IMG/VR virus record: IMGVR_UViG_3300024298_000005
Length of the DNA stretch: 64,000 bases
Source: a virus
Taxonomy: Duplodnaviria; Heunggongvirae; Uroviricota; Caudoviricetes
Direction: 5' to 3' (one strand)
Shown: piece by piece, positions 30,635-39,969 of the stretch
Layout of the letters: each line of letters begins with the position of its first letter
Position numbering within the stretch: the stretch's first letter is position 1
Translations under genes and position numbers: made by a program
Notes under the pieces: model-generated
Database searches by the model: none
The model's input: only the letters and a program-made list of their open reading frames with translations
Told to the model about the DNA's origin: nothing

Positions 30635-30874
30635 ATGGACATGGATCAAGCAGCAGTTTTTTTGGCTGGATCAATTTTGACGGCTATAGGATTTTTAGTT
30701 ATACTAGGAGCAATCTTAATTGCTAATAACCTTATAGCCAAGTACTGGAAGTCTTGGGGTTGGCATTGGATGCCGTGGTGGGCAGGCGAGCCTCAAAGAT
30801 TTATGACTCAAGAAGAAGTAGAGAAAATTGCACCAACATTAAATGACACAAACGACATTAAGGTGAATAAATGA
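30635..30874 (+). CDS. small membrane protein
   Basis: single TM helix, Trp-rich. Confidence 0.45.
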   Translation: MDMDQAAVFLAGSILTAIGFLVILGAILIANNLIAKYWKSWGWHWMPWWAGEPQRFMTQEEVEKIAPTLNDTNDIKVNK

Positions 30875-31413
30875 TTACTCTAAAGCAATTTATGGAAACT
30901 TGTAACTATCGTATTACTGAAGGTAGTGAATACGGTTGGCAATGTTTTGGGCGTGATGCTTATCGCTTAGATTCTTGGAATGGCGATATTGAAGGACACA
31001 CAATTACCATTGTGTTTGATACCAAAACACAGGTTGTCTATGAAGTAGAAGCATTTGACTATAAACGTGAACGTGCTTATCGTATGATCAATCTTGCGTT
31101 CAAACCTGCCTTTGATGCAGAAGTTGAGGATCGAGAAATCCTTGATATGGCTTGGGAAAAAGATGACGGTACACCCGTTAAGTATGTTGACATTGATGTA
31201 GATGAAGACTTTCTTGAAAAGGCCTATGCTATCTGCAACGATCAAGAATATGATACTCGTGTACAGGTTCAAGTAGAGTTCTCAGACGAAGAACTTTTAA
31301 ATTACATGAAGATTGCTCACGAACGCGATATTACTTTTAATCAACTTGTAGAACAAGCATTAAAGGCTGCAATCGATCTTAATGCTTCTATTAAGAATCT
31401 TAGATTAGACTAA
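30871..31413 (+). CDS. hypothetical protein
   Basis: 180-aa ORF. Confidence 0.5.
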   Translation: MITLKQFMETCNYRITEGSEYGWQCFGRDAYRLDSWNGDIEGHTITIVFDTKTQVVYEVEAFDYKRERAYRMINLAFKPAFDAEVEDREILDMAWEKDDGTPVKYVDIDVDEDFLEKAYAICNDQEYDTRVQVQVEFSDEELLNYMKIAHERDITFNQLVEQALKAAIDLNASIKNLRLD

Positions 31414-31962
31414 CCAAGTATTCACTGCCTGTGTTCCTGCAAGTTCACAGCAGTGACTCCATAGGTCTCTTGGTGGTATTGTAAATAGATCTTCTGGGCC
31501 TGGAGCACGGGCAACTATCCAGCTAGAATCAATGGTCCACGGACCTTCACCGTCCATTTCCATTTCAAGTTGTCCTGGTGCCCAACTGCTTAGACCAATC
31601 ATAACTCTAAACCATTTTGGTCTATCGCCATCGATGATCTTGTGAAACATATTCATTGAACTGGTCATTGACCAATGTGTTCCAATTCTTAAGGTATTGT
31701 CTGCTGTCCAGCTTGGGTCATGCAACATCCATACCGTGTTAACTCCAACTGGCCCACCCCAATATAAAGGAATGTCTTGTTCCAGAGATATTTCAATTGG
31801 TTTTATTATTTCATTAACGGTATGACCGGACGGTCTGTTAATGCACAAGCCCTGACTACCCTGATTTGTATCCTGGGTCAATAATATTACGGTTTGTTTA
31901 AATCTTGGGTCTGCCATTGCTGGCGGAGATATCAATAAATCTCCAGGGCGGTATTGAGTCAT
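31405..31962 (-). CDS. YqgE/AlgH-family (DUF179) protein
   Basis: LLISPPAMADPRF...VILL...GLCINRP and WAPGQLEME colinear with E. coli YqgE. Confidence 0.6.
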   Translation of the reverse strand: MTQYRPGDLLISPPAMADPRFKQTVILLTQDTNQGSQGLCINRPSGHTVNEIIKPIEISLEQDIPLYWGGPVGVNTVWMLHDPSWTADNTLRIGTHWSMTSSMNMFHKIIDGDRPKWFRVMIGLSSWAPGQLEMEMDGEGPWTIDSSWIVARAPGPEDLFTIPPRDLWSHCCELAGTQAVNTWLV

Positions 31963-31965
31963 TGT

Positions 31966-32454
31966 TTAACTCCAATCAGGTAAAGGGCCTCCGTATTTTT
32001 TGCCTTTGATCTTTTTGCCTCTAACTTTAACACGTTCGCTGCCTACCTTGTGTGATTTGCCGCCTTCTCTTGATCTGTACCCTTGACTCTTGCATGAAGC
32101 AAGCTGGCTGGCTCCAAGGGCACTATCGGGCTTTCCCGATGTACATAAGGCACGCGATGCAGGTTCTTCTGCAACTGCTTCATCGTCTGTGCCACCTCCA
32201 AACATAACATCATCGTTGATTGGAAAATCTAAATCCATAAAACGCTCAGGTAATTGAGCTGTGCTGATAATCATTTCAAGCTCTTCTTCTGTTGGATGTA
32301 CTTTCAAAAGAACTTTGGCAGCTTCATCGTGAGCATCGCCATTTTCCCAAATATTAATATCATAGTGTTCTTTGTAAAGTTCAGCCACGGCCTGCATGAC
32401 CTTATGATAATCTGTGGTGAATATATTTTCTGTAATAATATCTTTTATTTTCAT
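31966..32454 (-). CDS. hypothetical protein with basic C-terminus
   Basis: 162-aa ORF. Confidence 0.45.
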   Translation of the reverse strand: MKIKDIITENIFTTDYHKVMQAVAELYKEHYDINIWENGDAHDEAAKVLLKVHPTEEELEMIISTAQLPERFMDLDFPINDDVMFGGGTDDEAVAEEPASRALCTSGKPDSALGASQLASCKSQGYRSREGGKSHKVGSERVKVRGKKIKGKKYGGPLPDWS

Positions 32455-32455
32455 A

Positions 32456-32689
32456 TTAAGCTACCTGAGCAACTGCGTAGATCGCGTTGACTAAAAGTGT
32501 TTTAGTATCTAGGTCAGTGGCTTCTGCATCAAGTCTATCTGCTCGAACTAGGTCTAACATTAGTTCTCGATATTCATCCGCTGATATACCACCCTGTTGA
32601 TATTGGCCAGCAATTTCCAAGGCCATTTGAGCTCTTTGTGCTGCCCAACTTGGGCCATTGGCTGCTAGATGTTGTAGGTGTTCAAACAT
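32456..32689 (-). CDS. hypothetical protein
   Basis: 77-aa ORF. Confidence 0.4.
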   Translation of the reverse strand: MFEHLQHLAANGPSWAAQRAQMALEIAGQYQQGGISADEYRELMLDLVRADRLDAEATDLDTKTLLVNAIYAVAQVA

Positions 32690-33078
32690 TAGAATCTCCC
32701 AAGGATACTAGCTGCGGCACGCTCTGCTTGTGCTGCCATTAGTTTCTTTTTAATTTCACAATAGACCTTAGAACCCTGTTGTGTCTGTGCTCGAGTAACC
32801 ATGTCTCCTACGGTTTCCTGTAAGGGTTTGATAATGTTAATAACATCCTGATGTCTACGACCAGCGGATTGGCTGTATAATTCAAACCAACGTAGATCCT
32901 GTTGTATCTTTAGTACCTGTGGTAACTGCTCTTGAGAGCAGTCCAAACGATCAATGTCTGCACGAACATCGATTATTCTAGAACTTTGATTAGGATCCGA
33001 AAAACTAGGAATCATGCCTACTAGGCTTGAGCAGCCAGAAAGCATGAAAACACATACTAGAGCAATTAGTCTATTCAT
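32689..33078 (-). CDS. lipoprotein
   Basis: signal peptide with lipobox LSGC. Confidence 0.5.
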   Translation of the reverse strand: MNRLIALVCVFMLSGCSSLVGMIPSFSDPNQSSRIIDVRADIDRLDCSQEQLPQVLKIQQDLRWFELYSQSAGRRHQDVINIIKPLQETVGDMVTRAQTQQGSKVYCEIKKKLMAAQAERAAASILGRF

Positions 33079-33093
33079 AAAAATATTTAGTTC

Positions 33094-33675
33094 TTAGGCT
33101 AGATTAAATGCTATGCTGACTCGCTGTTTATCTGTGCGGTTAACTCCTACCTTGTGTGTTAACCAACTAGGAAACATGATCAAAGTTCCTGTTTTTGGCT
33201 GTATATGATGGCTCTGACGTTGTGGCAGTAGATCTGCGGGCCATAGTCTAAGATGATCTACAGGGTTAGGGCTTTTAAAGGTTAAATTACCCTCATCACC
33301 ATCTGCTTGATAATAGTAGCAGCCCGAAATAGCTCGTTCCGGATGTACATGATCGTACATGAAGTTTTTGGGCTCGTAGATATTGACCCAGCTGTCTGTG
33401 AGCCTAAAGGGTCTAACTGGATATTTGATAAAATTACACCAATCACGTAGACTTTCAAATATAGAGTCAGTTAGGTGGTTCATGCCCAGGTCCACAATAT
33501 CGTTGGAGCCGTCAAATTTAAAGCTGGAACTAACTTCGTCGTCCCAGGGATTATCCTTGACTTCCAACTGGTCTAATGCTTGTTTGATCTGTGCCTGTAC
33601 TCGATCTAGTTCTTCGCCCTCTAGTTCACGTACATAAACAGGAGCATAAAATAAGTGTAGTTTTTGTGATTTCAT
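33094..33675 (-). CDS. 2OG-Fe(II) oxygenase superfamily protein (TIGR02466-like)
   Basis: HVHPE ... IMFPSWLTHKV; start set at Met giving ATGA overlap with upstream gene. Confidence 0.65.
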   Translation of the reverse strand: MKSQKLHLFYAPVYVRELEGEELDRVQAQIKQALDQLEVKDNPWDDEVSSSFKFDGSNDIVDLGMNHLTDSIFESLRDWCNFIKYPVRPFRLTDSWVNIYEPKNFMYDHVHPERAISGCYYYQADGDEGNLTFKSPNPVDHLRLWPADLLPQRQSHHIQPKTGTLIMFPSWLTHKVGVNRTDKQRVSIAFNLA

Positions 33676-34283
33676 TTGAATACCAAGTAAGTTGAAAGAA
33701 TGTATTTGGTTTGTCCGTCTTGGGGCATAAGCCCTGCATGAGGAAAATGCCAAGTGGGTGTGAATATACAGAGCCGACCTCGACGAGCAGCCACGGTCAT
33801 GTTTTCCAAAGGAAACTCTGTGCCAGCGTCCGAATCGTTGAGATAAAACAAACAGGCCAAAAATCTAGATGAAGTTTCTAGGGTAGTATTATCAGCGTGT
33901 AGTTTAAACTCATGACGACCATTGGGTCTATAGCATTTGATTCTAAAACCCTCTAGGGCAAAGTCATAGGGCAAGATGTTTAGAGTGTCCCAATCACGCT
34001 TATAGTCACTGACCAAGGGTATGACCCTAGCTGAGAGTTGATCGCAGGTCTCAGTCCAATCATAGGCCCAGTGGCTGCTTTTCTTATAAAGATCCCAGGG
34101 ATTACGAGCCTGAGGGTGGCGTGTAGAGTGTAGATCTAATTCAATTAATTTGGCCCACTCGCCCGGACGTTCCTTATGGAATCGAGCGCAGAGTTCAAAG
34201 GCCTTGACCATTTCATCGCAGAATTCTGGGTCAAGGGCAGCGTCAATGACCCGTATGTAGTTTTTGTCGTAGACTATTTCCAT
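33672..34283 (-). CDS. 2OG-Fe(II) oxygenase (prolyl-4-hydroxylase / PhyH-like)
   Basis: HADN (HxD) ... HFPHAG second His; jelly-roll spacing. Confidence 0.6.
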   Translation of the reverse strand: MEIVYDKNYIRVIDAALDPEFCDEMVKAFELCARFHKERPGEWAKLIELDLHSTRHPQARNPWDLYKKSSHWAYDWTETCDQLSARVIPLVSDYKRDWDTLNILPYDFALEGFRIKCYRPNGRHEFKLHADNTTLETSSRFLACLFYLNDSDAGTEFPLENMTVAARRGRLCIFTPTWHFPHAGLMPQDGQTKYILSTYLVFK

Positions 34284-34303
34284 GCAGTATTTACTGCTGG
34301 GGC

Positions 34304-35146
34304 CTAGCTGCCAAATACGATTGTGAATGCTGTTTGTCTAAGGGCCAGGTTATCCACATAGGCCTTGGTAGTGGCCTGAAGGGGTTCTGTTACTGCTTCT
34401 GTTAGGCTAAGGGTACCCAGGGTAGTTATGTGTAGCCATTGGGGGTCTGTGTATTCTTGAGTTTCTAAAACAGCACCCTCTTGATAGGGCCCTGTTTCAA
34501 GCTCAAAGTTTAAGACATAGTCAGGGCCAGTGCCTTCAATGGTCACTGAGCTGCCCGAGCCCGAGGGTCTAGTTGTAACAGAGCCTATGCTGATCTCAGG
34601 TGCAGGGCCTGCGACATAGCCAGCTACCTGTTCACGCCCATCCGACCAGCGATATATGAGATTGCCCGTGGCTGTGTCTACTCTAAGACTTTCTATTTGC
34701 TGAGCTGCGGCCGAAGTTTGTACCACTTCTGTAGTGATCAGCTGTGCCCTAGGCGTTTGAGCAGTTTCATCGCTGACCAAGCCTGAGGTAGTCAAAGCCC
34801 AGGTTAGGCTAAGATTTTCAGCTGTGACAATGTTGTCTGTGGTTAATAGTTCAAGGGGAAACTGAGTGCCCAGAACTGATCTGCCCTTGCGAATGTTCTG
34901 TTGATAATGATCAAACCAAGCACGTGACCAATCAATTCTATTCTTATACTCTTCACGGTCTATGGTGATGCTGACAATGGTCTGTCCTAGCAGATCCGAG
35001 CTAGGCGGGTTAGCTGTGCGTATTTCCTTACTGGTAAATTTAAGCGCAACTTCTCGAATGGCTCTAGCATTGGCCCTAGTGGGTGTAACTCCTGAGCGTA
35101 TCAAGGAGTCTGTGAGCACACGATGTTGATTTTTGGTAAGAGCCAT
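34304..35146 (-). CDS. hypothetical protein
   Basis: 280-aa ORF. Confidence 0.5.
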   Translation of the reverse strand: MALTKNQHRVLTDSLIRSGVTPTRANARAIREVALKFTSKEIRTANPPSSDLLGQTIVSITIDREEYKNRIDWSRAWFDHYQQNIRKGRSVLGTQFPLELLTTDNIVTAENLSLTWALTTSGLVSDETAQTPRAQLITTEVVQTSAAAQQIESLRVDTATGNLIYRWSDGREQVAGYVAGPAPEISIGSVTTRPSGSGSSVTIEGTGPDYVLNFELETGPYQEGAVLETQEYTDPQWLHITTLGTLSLTEAVTEPLQATTKAYVDNLALRQTAFTIVFGS

Positions 35147-35158
35147 ACTAGTATTTAA

Positions 35159-35509
35159 TTAAACCCAGCTGCGACTATGACTTCTAGATAATTCTGGGTA
35201 TTTGATTTCAAAGAACACACGATTACGATCAGGCACAAAAAAGTCTATGTCGCCCCCAGGTTGTATACTGAGAAAGCCACCCCACGCTTGTACATCACGC
35301 CAAATCTGTTCAGGATCTAACCCATGTCGAAAGTGATGATATCTATAACAATGATCTGTGATCTGAATCGCCATCCTGTACTTATCCAAAATGGCCGAGC
35401 ATAATTCTATAAGCCGCGAAGCGGCAGCGGTAGCGCCATAAATATCAAATGAGGAAATTGCTGTTAATTTTAACTCTAGGCCTAGAGGCATGCTCACAGC
35501 TTTGCCCAC
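35159..35509 (-). CDS. hypothetical protein
   Basis: 116-aa ORF. Confidence 0.45.
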   Translation of the reverse strand: MGKAVSMPLGLELKLTAISSFDIYGATAAASRLIELCSAILDKYRMAIQITDHCYRYHHFRHGLDPEQIWRDVQAWGGFLSIQPGGDIDFFVPDRNRVFFEIKYPELSRSHSRSWV

Positions 35510-35561
35510 AGGGCCTTACAGAAGATCCACATAGAGTGTGTGTGCAGATAAGGATACAGGT

Positions 35562-35819
35562 ATGAAACAACAGGTTTGGTATCTGGTGCATAAAGACACC
35601 CAAAGACGCTTAAAGTACTACAGGTCTCTTGCGGGTGCTCGTATAGCACAAAGAGCACGTAATCATAGACTGGGCTTTATTGAGCGTGTAGAGCGTGTAG
35701 AGATATGGGATAACTGGGAAGTGGAAAGGTGCAAAAATAAAGCGGGTCTTATCTTAGAAGCAACTTGGTGTATAGTAGAAGACACCGTGGACATTGAGGA
35801 TTTATATGCAGAAGAATGA
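35562..35819 (+). CDS. hypothetical protein
   Basis: ORF track 35538, start moved to Met after AAGGA. Confidence 0.4.
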   Translation: MKQQVWYLVHKDTQRRLKYYRSLAGARIAQRARNHRLGFIERVERVEIWDNWEVERCKNKAGLILEATWCIVEDTVDIEDLYAEE

Positions 35820-35935
35820 TACGAAACTACAAGCATTACTAGCAAGTATAGTCTTAGTCTTGGTCTACTGGCTGTTTTGGATCATAACACATTAAATACT
35901 TGTATAACAACAAACAACTACGCAGGAGCGTGTAT

Positions 35936-36139
35936 ATGCGTAATCCAGAAGAAATTTCTAAATGGGTAAGAACAGAACTGGCTAGAGTAAATCCCTATAC
36001 AGATAAACTTAGAGCACATCTTTGGGCAGTGGGTTTTCTAAGTTCAATTATAGCTAGTCTAATATGGGCAGACTCTAAGAACTTGACGAGTTTTAGACTG
36101 GCTGTGGCTGCTAAACTCAAAGAACAAGATAGACTATGA
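35936..36139 (+). CDS. hypothetical protein with C-terminal TM helix
   Basis: AGGAGCG RBS 7 nt before ATG 35936. Confidence 0.4.
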   Translation: MRNPEEISKWVRTELARVNPYTDKLRAHLWAVGFLSSIIASLIWADSKNLTSFRLAVAAKLKEQDRL

Positions 36140-36370
36140 CCTATAATGGCCCCGCTGTAGAATCAACGTGTACATATATGTAGTATAGGCCTAAAGGCCG
36201 AGGGAACTATATATACATTCTTACTGAAGGATAAGAATCAAAGATTCTTACTGAGCTGTAGACGTTGATTTTACTGGGGTTTTGCAGCTGGGTCAGTAAG
36301 TAGCAAAAAGTGTGATTTACTGAGCCTAGACTCGCGTACAGGCCCCGCTGCGTAGGGTGTGCGCAAGGAA

Positions 36371-36410
36371 AAAGTGCAGAAAAGTGTGATAAAGTGTGAA
36401 ATTGTGTGGT
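36371..36410. repeat. four tandem 10-bp repeats AAAGTG(T/C)(G/A)(A/G)N
   Basis: aaagtgcaga aaagtgtgat aaagtgtgaa attgtgtggt read directly. Confidence 0.6.
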
Positions 36411-36514
36411 ATTTGAACTATGCCTCATAACCAATTCACCACGGTAGAGTCTACACTAAAAGATTCTAGCCTAGACTCTGCTCAAACGATTCAGAATCCA
36501 CCATTTCTCAGGGA

Positions 36515-36538
36515 GAATCCACCGTGAATCCACCGTGA
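36515..36538. repeat. tandem 12-mer GAATCCACCGTG x2 (third copy GAATCCACC at 36494)
   Basis: read directly; resembles DnaA-box-like TTATCCACA. Confidence 0.6.
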
Positions 36539-36598
36539 ACTAGTGCTCTTAAACCAGTCTACGGTAGGCGCAAAGTGGCCCCGCTGCTGTAGATTGTG

Positions 36599-36628
36599 GT
36601 TGACATACTCACGTAATGACTATATAAT
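36599..36628 (+). promoter_or_regulatory. sigma70 promoter TTGACA-N18-TATAAT
   Basis: -10 ends 7 nt before ATG 36636 (possibly leaderless). Confidence 0.5.
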
Positions 36629-36635
36629 ATCGCAT

Positions 36636-36890
36636 ATGACACAAAGAGAAGTATTTGAATATAACAATGAAGAAGAAGCCGAAATGGCTCAGATTCATAG
36701 TCTACACATTAATCAGAACGCTATAGATTCTGTACAAGCAGAGTTGGCTCGTCAAAGATCACAGCCTAGTCTAGAGGAATGTGAAGACTGCGGTGAAGCT
36801 ATTCCACAGGCTAGACAGCAAATGGTCCCAGGTTGTACACGCTGCGTATACTGCCAAGGCTTATTTGAGCGTCGTAGAGCTGGATACTAA
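36636..36890 (+). CDS. DksA/TraR-family C4 zinc-finger protein
   Basis: CEDCGEAIPQAR-x-CTRCVYC (CxxC-N17-CxxC) at C-terminus, size 85 aa. Confidence 0.6.
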   Translation: MTQREVFEYNNEEEAEMAQIHSLHINQNAIDSVQAELARQRSQPSLEECEDCGEAIPQARQQMVPGCTRCVYCQGLFERRRAGY

Positions 36891-36920
36891 TAGGCCCCGC
36901 TGCTATACACACGTACATGT

Positions 36921-37259
36921 ATGCAAAAGAAAAGACTATTATCTAAAAGCAGAGACTCTATGACCCTACCTGATGAACGTTATCGCGCTGTAGAGCAAAC
37001 ACAGCGTTTTCTAGAATCACTATTAGATTCTGCACAAACTCCCAGAGTACCCAAAAAGATCCGAGATTCAGCAAGAAGTCTGCTGCGCCACTATCCCTCA
37101 CGTTGGGATCTAGATCGTGCAGCAGCAGCTAGTCCTGATGTTTTTATACGTAGACTTGATCCCTTGTACAAGATGGTCAAGACTCATGACATGCAGCAGC
37201 GTATGGCCGAGGATGTGGAAGAAGATCTACGTGAAGCTAAGAATAGAGGTGAACTATGA
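36921..37259 (+). CDS. hypothetical protein
   Basis: 112-aa ORF, start uncertain (alternative ATG 36960). Confidence 0.4.
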   Translation: MQKKRLLSKSRDSMTLPDERYRAVEQTQRFLESLLDSAQTPRVPKKIRDSARSLLRHYPSRWDLDRAAAASPDVFIRRLDPLYKMVKTHDMQQRMAEDVEEDLREAKNRGEL

Positions 37260-37432
37260 CTAGGATAAAGATTGTTCAACCGGTGGAAGCGGACGGGGAA
37301 GTGGCTATGACTCCAGAAGAACTAGCACTAGCACAGGCTCGTCAACGTGCTGCGCTGGTGCCTAAATACGGGGAACCTGGCTGGAATCCTGATGCTCGCG
37401 ACCCCGACACTGACACCTTACCCAATCAATAA
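37256..37432 (+). CDS. small hypothetical protein (58 aa)
   Basis: ATGA overlap with previous stop; hand translated. Confidence 0.35.
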   Translation: MTRIKIVQPVEADGEVAMTPEELALAQARQRAALVPKYGEPGWNPDARDPDTDTLPNQ

Positions 37433-37438
37433 TTAATT

Positions 37439-37515
37439 CACGCATTAGCTCAGTTGGATAGAGCAACAGCCTTCTAAGCTGTGGGTCAGGGGTTCGAATC
37501 CCTTATGCGTGGCCA
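37439..37515 (+). tRNA. tRNA-Arg (anticodon UCU), CCA encoded
   Basis: cloverleaf folded by hand: acceptor CACGCAT/ATGCGTG, D GCTC/GAGC, anticodon loop CUUCUAA, T-loop TTCGAAT. Confidence 0.8.
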
Positions 37516-37519
37516 GTTA

Positions 37520-37597
<78 letters not shown>

Positions 37598-37604
37598 CTT
37601 GAGA

Positions 37605-37640
37605 AACCCTATAGTCAACTCAGCTATAGGGTTTTTTCTT
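37605..37640 (+). terminator. rho-independent terminator after tRNAs
   Basis: AACCCTATAG-loop-CTATAGGGTT followed by TTTTTTCTT. Confidence 0.7.
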
Positions 37641-37667
37641 GTCCAAACGGCTGTGATCGTGTACAAT
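37639..37667 (+). promoter_or_regulatory. sigma70-like promoter TTGTCC-N17-TACAAT
   Basis: weaker -35; precedes 42-aa ORF. Confidence 0.35.
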
Positions 37668-37689
37668 ATGCATTTAAACAAGGACAGCA

Positions 37690-37818
37690 ATGACAGCACT
37701 ACAGCAAAAGTTCTACGCTGCGTTAGCCTCGCTACAGCAGCACACAAATTTAGATGACGAAGAACAGCAAGACGCAATTGCTGCACTCGCGCAGCTAATC
37801 GAGGATCACGTCAAATAA
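37690..37818 (+). CDS. small hypothetical protein (42 aa)
   Basis: hand translated MTALQQKFYAALASLQQH...; followed by CCCTAG-GCCCT-CTAGGG hairpin. Confidence 0.3.
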   Translation: MTALQQKFYAALASLQQHTNLDDEEQQDAIAALAQLIEDHVK

Positions 37819-37852
37819 CCCTAGGCCCTCTAGGGTCTTAGACAAAATTGGT

Positions 37853-37880
37853 TGACATTTTGGCGCAGAGATCGTACAAT
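37853..37880 (+). promoter_or_regulatory. sigma70 promoter TTGACA-N16-TACAAT
   Basis: read directly. Confidence 0.5.
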
Positions 37881-37904
37881 ATACATATGTTGAAGGAGCG
37901 GCGA

Positions 37905-38225
37905 ATGCGAGCAAAGAGATCAGATCGTAATCACATCATCTATGAACTACGTGTTAACGGTGAGAACTACATTGGTGTCACAGCCAAGACTGAATCAACT
38001 ATTAATAAGAGTGTTCGCGCTCGTGCTGCCAAGCACTTCTATCGTGCCAAAACAGAAACTAAGAATTGGCTGCTTTGCTCAGCTCTACGCAAGCTCAACA
38101 GCAAAGAAGAAATTGAAATCATTGTTCACGAGATTGTTCGTGGCAAAGCCCTGGCCCATAAGCGCGAAGTAGAAATCCGCAGACTGGTAGGCCCTACACT
38201 AAACACAGACACACGAGGAGACTAA
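37905..38225 (+). CDS. GIY-YIG domain protein
   Basis: IIYELRVNGENYIGVT (GIY...YIG) motif; AAGGAGCG RBS before ATG 37905. Confidence 0.55.
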   Translation: MRAKRSDRNHIIYELRVNGENYIGVTAKTESTINKSVRARAAKHFYRAKTETKNWLLCSALRKLNSKEEIEIIVHEIVRGKALAHKREVEIRRLVGPTLNTDTRGD

Positions 38226-38226
38226 C

Positions 38227-38481
38227 ATGGACTTGACCGTAGAAATGTATCGTATAGATCGTCGCTGCAAAGCGGGCCGAGTACTAGTAATGAAGCAGGA
38301 CTACACAGACGTGAGCTGGGCCCAAATGGAGCGCATGTACCCACGTCGTCCACGCTACATCGTAGAGTTTCACGAGACTTGGGTTACAAAGACTAACCTT
38401 ATGACGGGCTTGCCCTATCAGGAACGTTACGATACCCCACATTGCTGTTCAGCAGCCAGCGAGACCTACTGGAGCATGTAG
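38227..38481 (+). CDS. hypothetical protein
   Basis: 84-aa ORF after GGAGA RBS. Confidence 0.45.
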   Translation: MDLTVEMYRIDRRCKAGRVLVMKQDYTDVSWAQMERMYPRRPRYIVEFHETWVTKTNLMTGLPYQERYDTPHCCSAASETYWSM

Positions 38482-38484
38482 GGG

Positions 38485-38513
38485 TTGACAACTAGGAATT
38501 TTGGCAGTATAAT
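38485..38513 (+). promoter_or_regulatory. sigma70 promoter GGTTGACAA-N17-TATAATAc
   Basis: consensus hexamers. Confidence 0.55.
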
Positions 38514-38541
38514 ACAGGCTTACAACGTTAAGGAGCGACCT

Positions 38542-38718
38542 ATGACTAACCCAATCCCTTCTAGCAACATTTGGCACACACCCGCAGATCTCAACGAGCT
38601 GCAGGATATGATCAATCAGTTCACAGGCCAGGAAGCTGCGCTGGCTGCACACGTGATGATGTTGACCCTGAACACCTGCCACAAATTAGTCGATGAAGCT
38701 ATCAAGGAGGCCGCATGA
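38542..38718 (+). CDS. hypothetical protein
   Basis: AAGGAGCGACCT ATG; ORF track start 38485 rejected in favour of RBS-supported ATG. Confidence 0.45.
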   Translation: MTNPIPSSNIWHTPADLNELQDMINQFTGQEAALAAHVMMLTLNTCHKLVDEAIKEAA

Positions 38719-39080
38719 GGTACTGGGACGAACTGCTGCGCGAGCAGCGTAATGGTCTAACCGTGATCGTGGACAAGACCTGGGAAGACTGCTCTATTCG
38801 CGATCTCTTTGATGAAAGCTGCTGTGATGTAGAGGACCTGGAACGTAAGGTTAACAGGGGCGATTTGGATTGGTTTATGCTCAGAGCTCGCGTCATGTAC
38901 AATGATCTGGAACTGGGCTCAGAGATCTGTGGAGGGTTCCTCTACGAAGATGCTCGCGATGTGCTGCGTGATGGTATGGCTGACGAGATGATCTGGCAAG
39001 CAGAGGAAGAAGCCAAACGACAATTACCCGGCCTTATTGAAGGGTTATTGCGTGTAGAGGTTGACAAATTGGCTGCGTGA
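38715..39080 (+). CDS. hypothetical acidic protein
   Basis: AAGGAGG RBS; ATGA overlap. Confidence 0.5.
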   Translation: MRYWDELLREQRNGLTVIVDKTWEDCSIRDLFDESCCDVEDLERKVNRGDLDWFMLRARVMYNDLELGSEICGGFLYEDARDVLRDGMADEMIWQAEEEAKRQLPGLIEGLLRVEVDKLAA

Positions 39081-39116
39081 GCATACAATAGAGACTTAGC
39101 AACAAAGGAGCGCGAT

Positions 39117-39455
39117 ATGCAGACACTTTTTAGCACAGCAGGCGACGGCTTGTGGAGCAACGTAGCAAAGCCTGTACACATTGTAGACATGCAACTTGCC
39201 TACATTAACGACGAGAGAGATTTTGGCGAGCTGCGTGTTTACTTTAACACTAAGTTTTGGGACGTTAACAAAGACGGTCTCATTTACACAGACAGCAACT
39301 TTATTGAAGAACTGCGCAATTTTTTAATTGCACAAGAACTAACTGACGACTGCGACTACAGCGAGCAAGGCATGCAGGGAGACAACTACGTTAGCTTAGA
39401 CGTGGGAGAGGGCTTTATTGCTGCGTGGGATGCAAAGTTTAACTTGTTTGCATAA
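39117..39455 (+). CDS. hypothetical protein
   Basis: AAAGGAGCG RBS. Confidence 0.5.
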   Translation: MQTLFSTAGDGLWSNVAKPVHIVDMQLAYINDERDFGELRVYFNTKFWDVNKDGLIYTDSNFIEELRNFLIAQELTDDCDYSEQGMQGDNYVSLDVGEGFIAAWDAKFNLFA

Positions 39456-39461
39456 GCACAA

Positions 39462-39498
39462 AACGGGGGTTGACAACAGCCCCCGTTTATAGTACAAT
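39462..39498 (+). promoter_or_regulatory. stem-loop (AACGGGGG/CCCCCGTT) enclosing -35 of promoter TTGACA(39470)-N17-TACAAT(39493)
   Basis: 8-bp inverted repeat flanks TTGACAACAG; read directly. Confidence 0.5.
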
Positions 39499-39527
39499 AG
39501 ACACACATTAACACAAAGGAGCGTGAA

Positions 39528-39950
39528 ATGGCTACTCGAAGCACTATTGCAATGGAGCAACCCGACGGTCGCGTAATGCAGATCTACTGCCACTGGGACG
39601 GTTACCTTGATCACAACGGAGAGATCCTTCAGGAGCACTATCGTGATCGCGCTAAGGTTTTGGCACTCATGTATCTGGGCGATATCAGCTCCTTAGCTCC
39701 TAGCATCGGAGAACCGCACGATTGGGACAACTGCCCTGAGGGTGTCTGCAACGCCTACGGACGCGATCGTGGCGAATCGGGCTGTGAAGCTCGTGTGTTC
39801 AAGGACTTTGAGGACTACAAGGCCAACCACCAGTACGAAGAATACGAGTATATCTTCCGTTCGGACGATCAGTGGTATGTTTCCGAATACAGCCGAGCCT
39901 ACCGCGCACTTGAGCAGGTGCTGGCAGAAGCAGAAACCCTAGAGGATTAA
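39528..39950 (+). CDS. hypothetical protein
   Basis: AAAGGAGCG RBS; 140 aa. Confidence 0.5.
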   Translation: MATRSTIAMEQPDGRVMQIYCHWDGYLDHNGEILQEHYRDRAKVLALMYLGDISSLAPSIGEPHDWDNCPEGVCNAYGRDRGESGCEARVFKDFEDYKANHQYEEYEYIFRSDDQWYVSEYSRAYRALEQVLAEAETLED

Positions 39951-39969
39951 GGGTTATTACTGAATGGGG

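Noticed and set aside
37820-37840. CCCTAG-GCCCT-CTAGGG hairpin as terminator
   Set aside because: No downstream T-run is present. It may still be a processing or structural element, but it is not called as a terminator.
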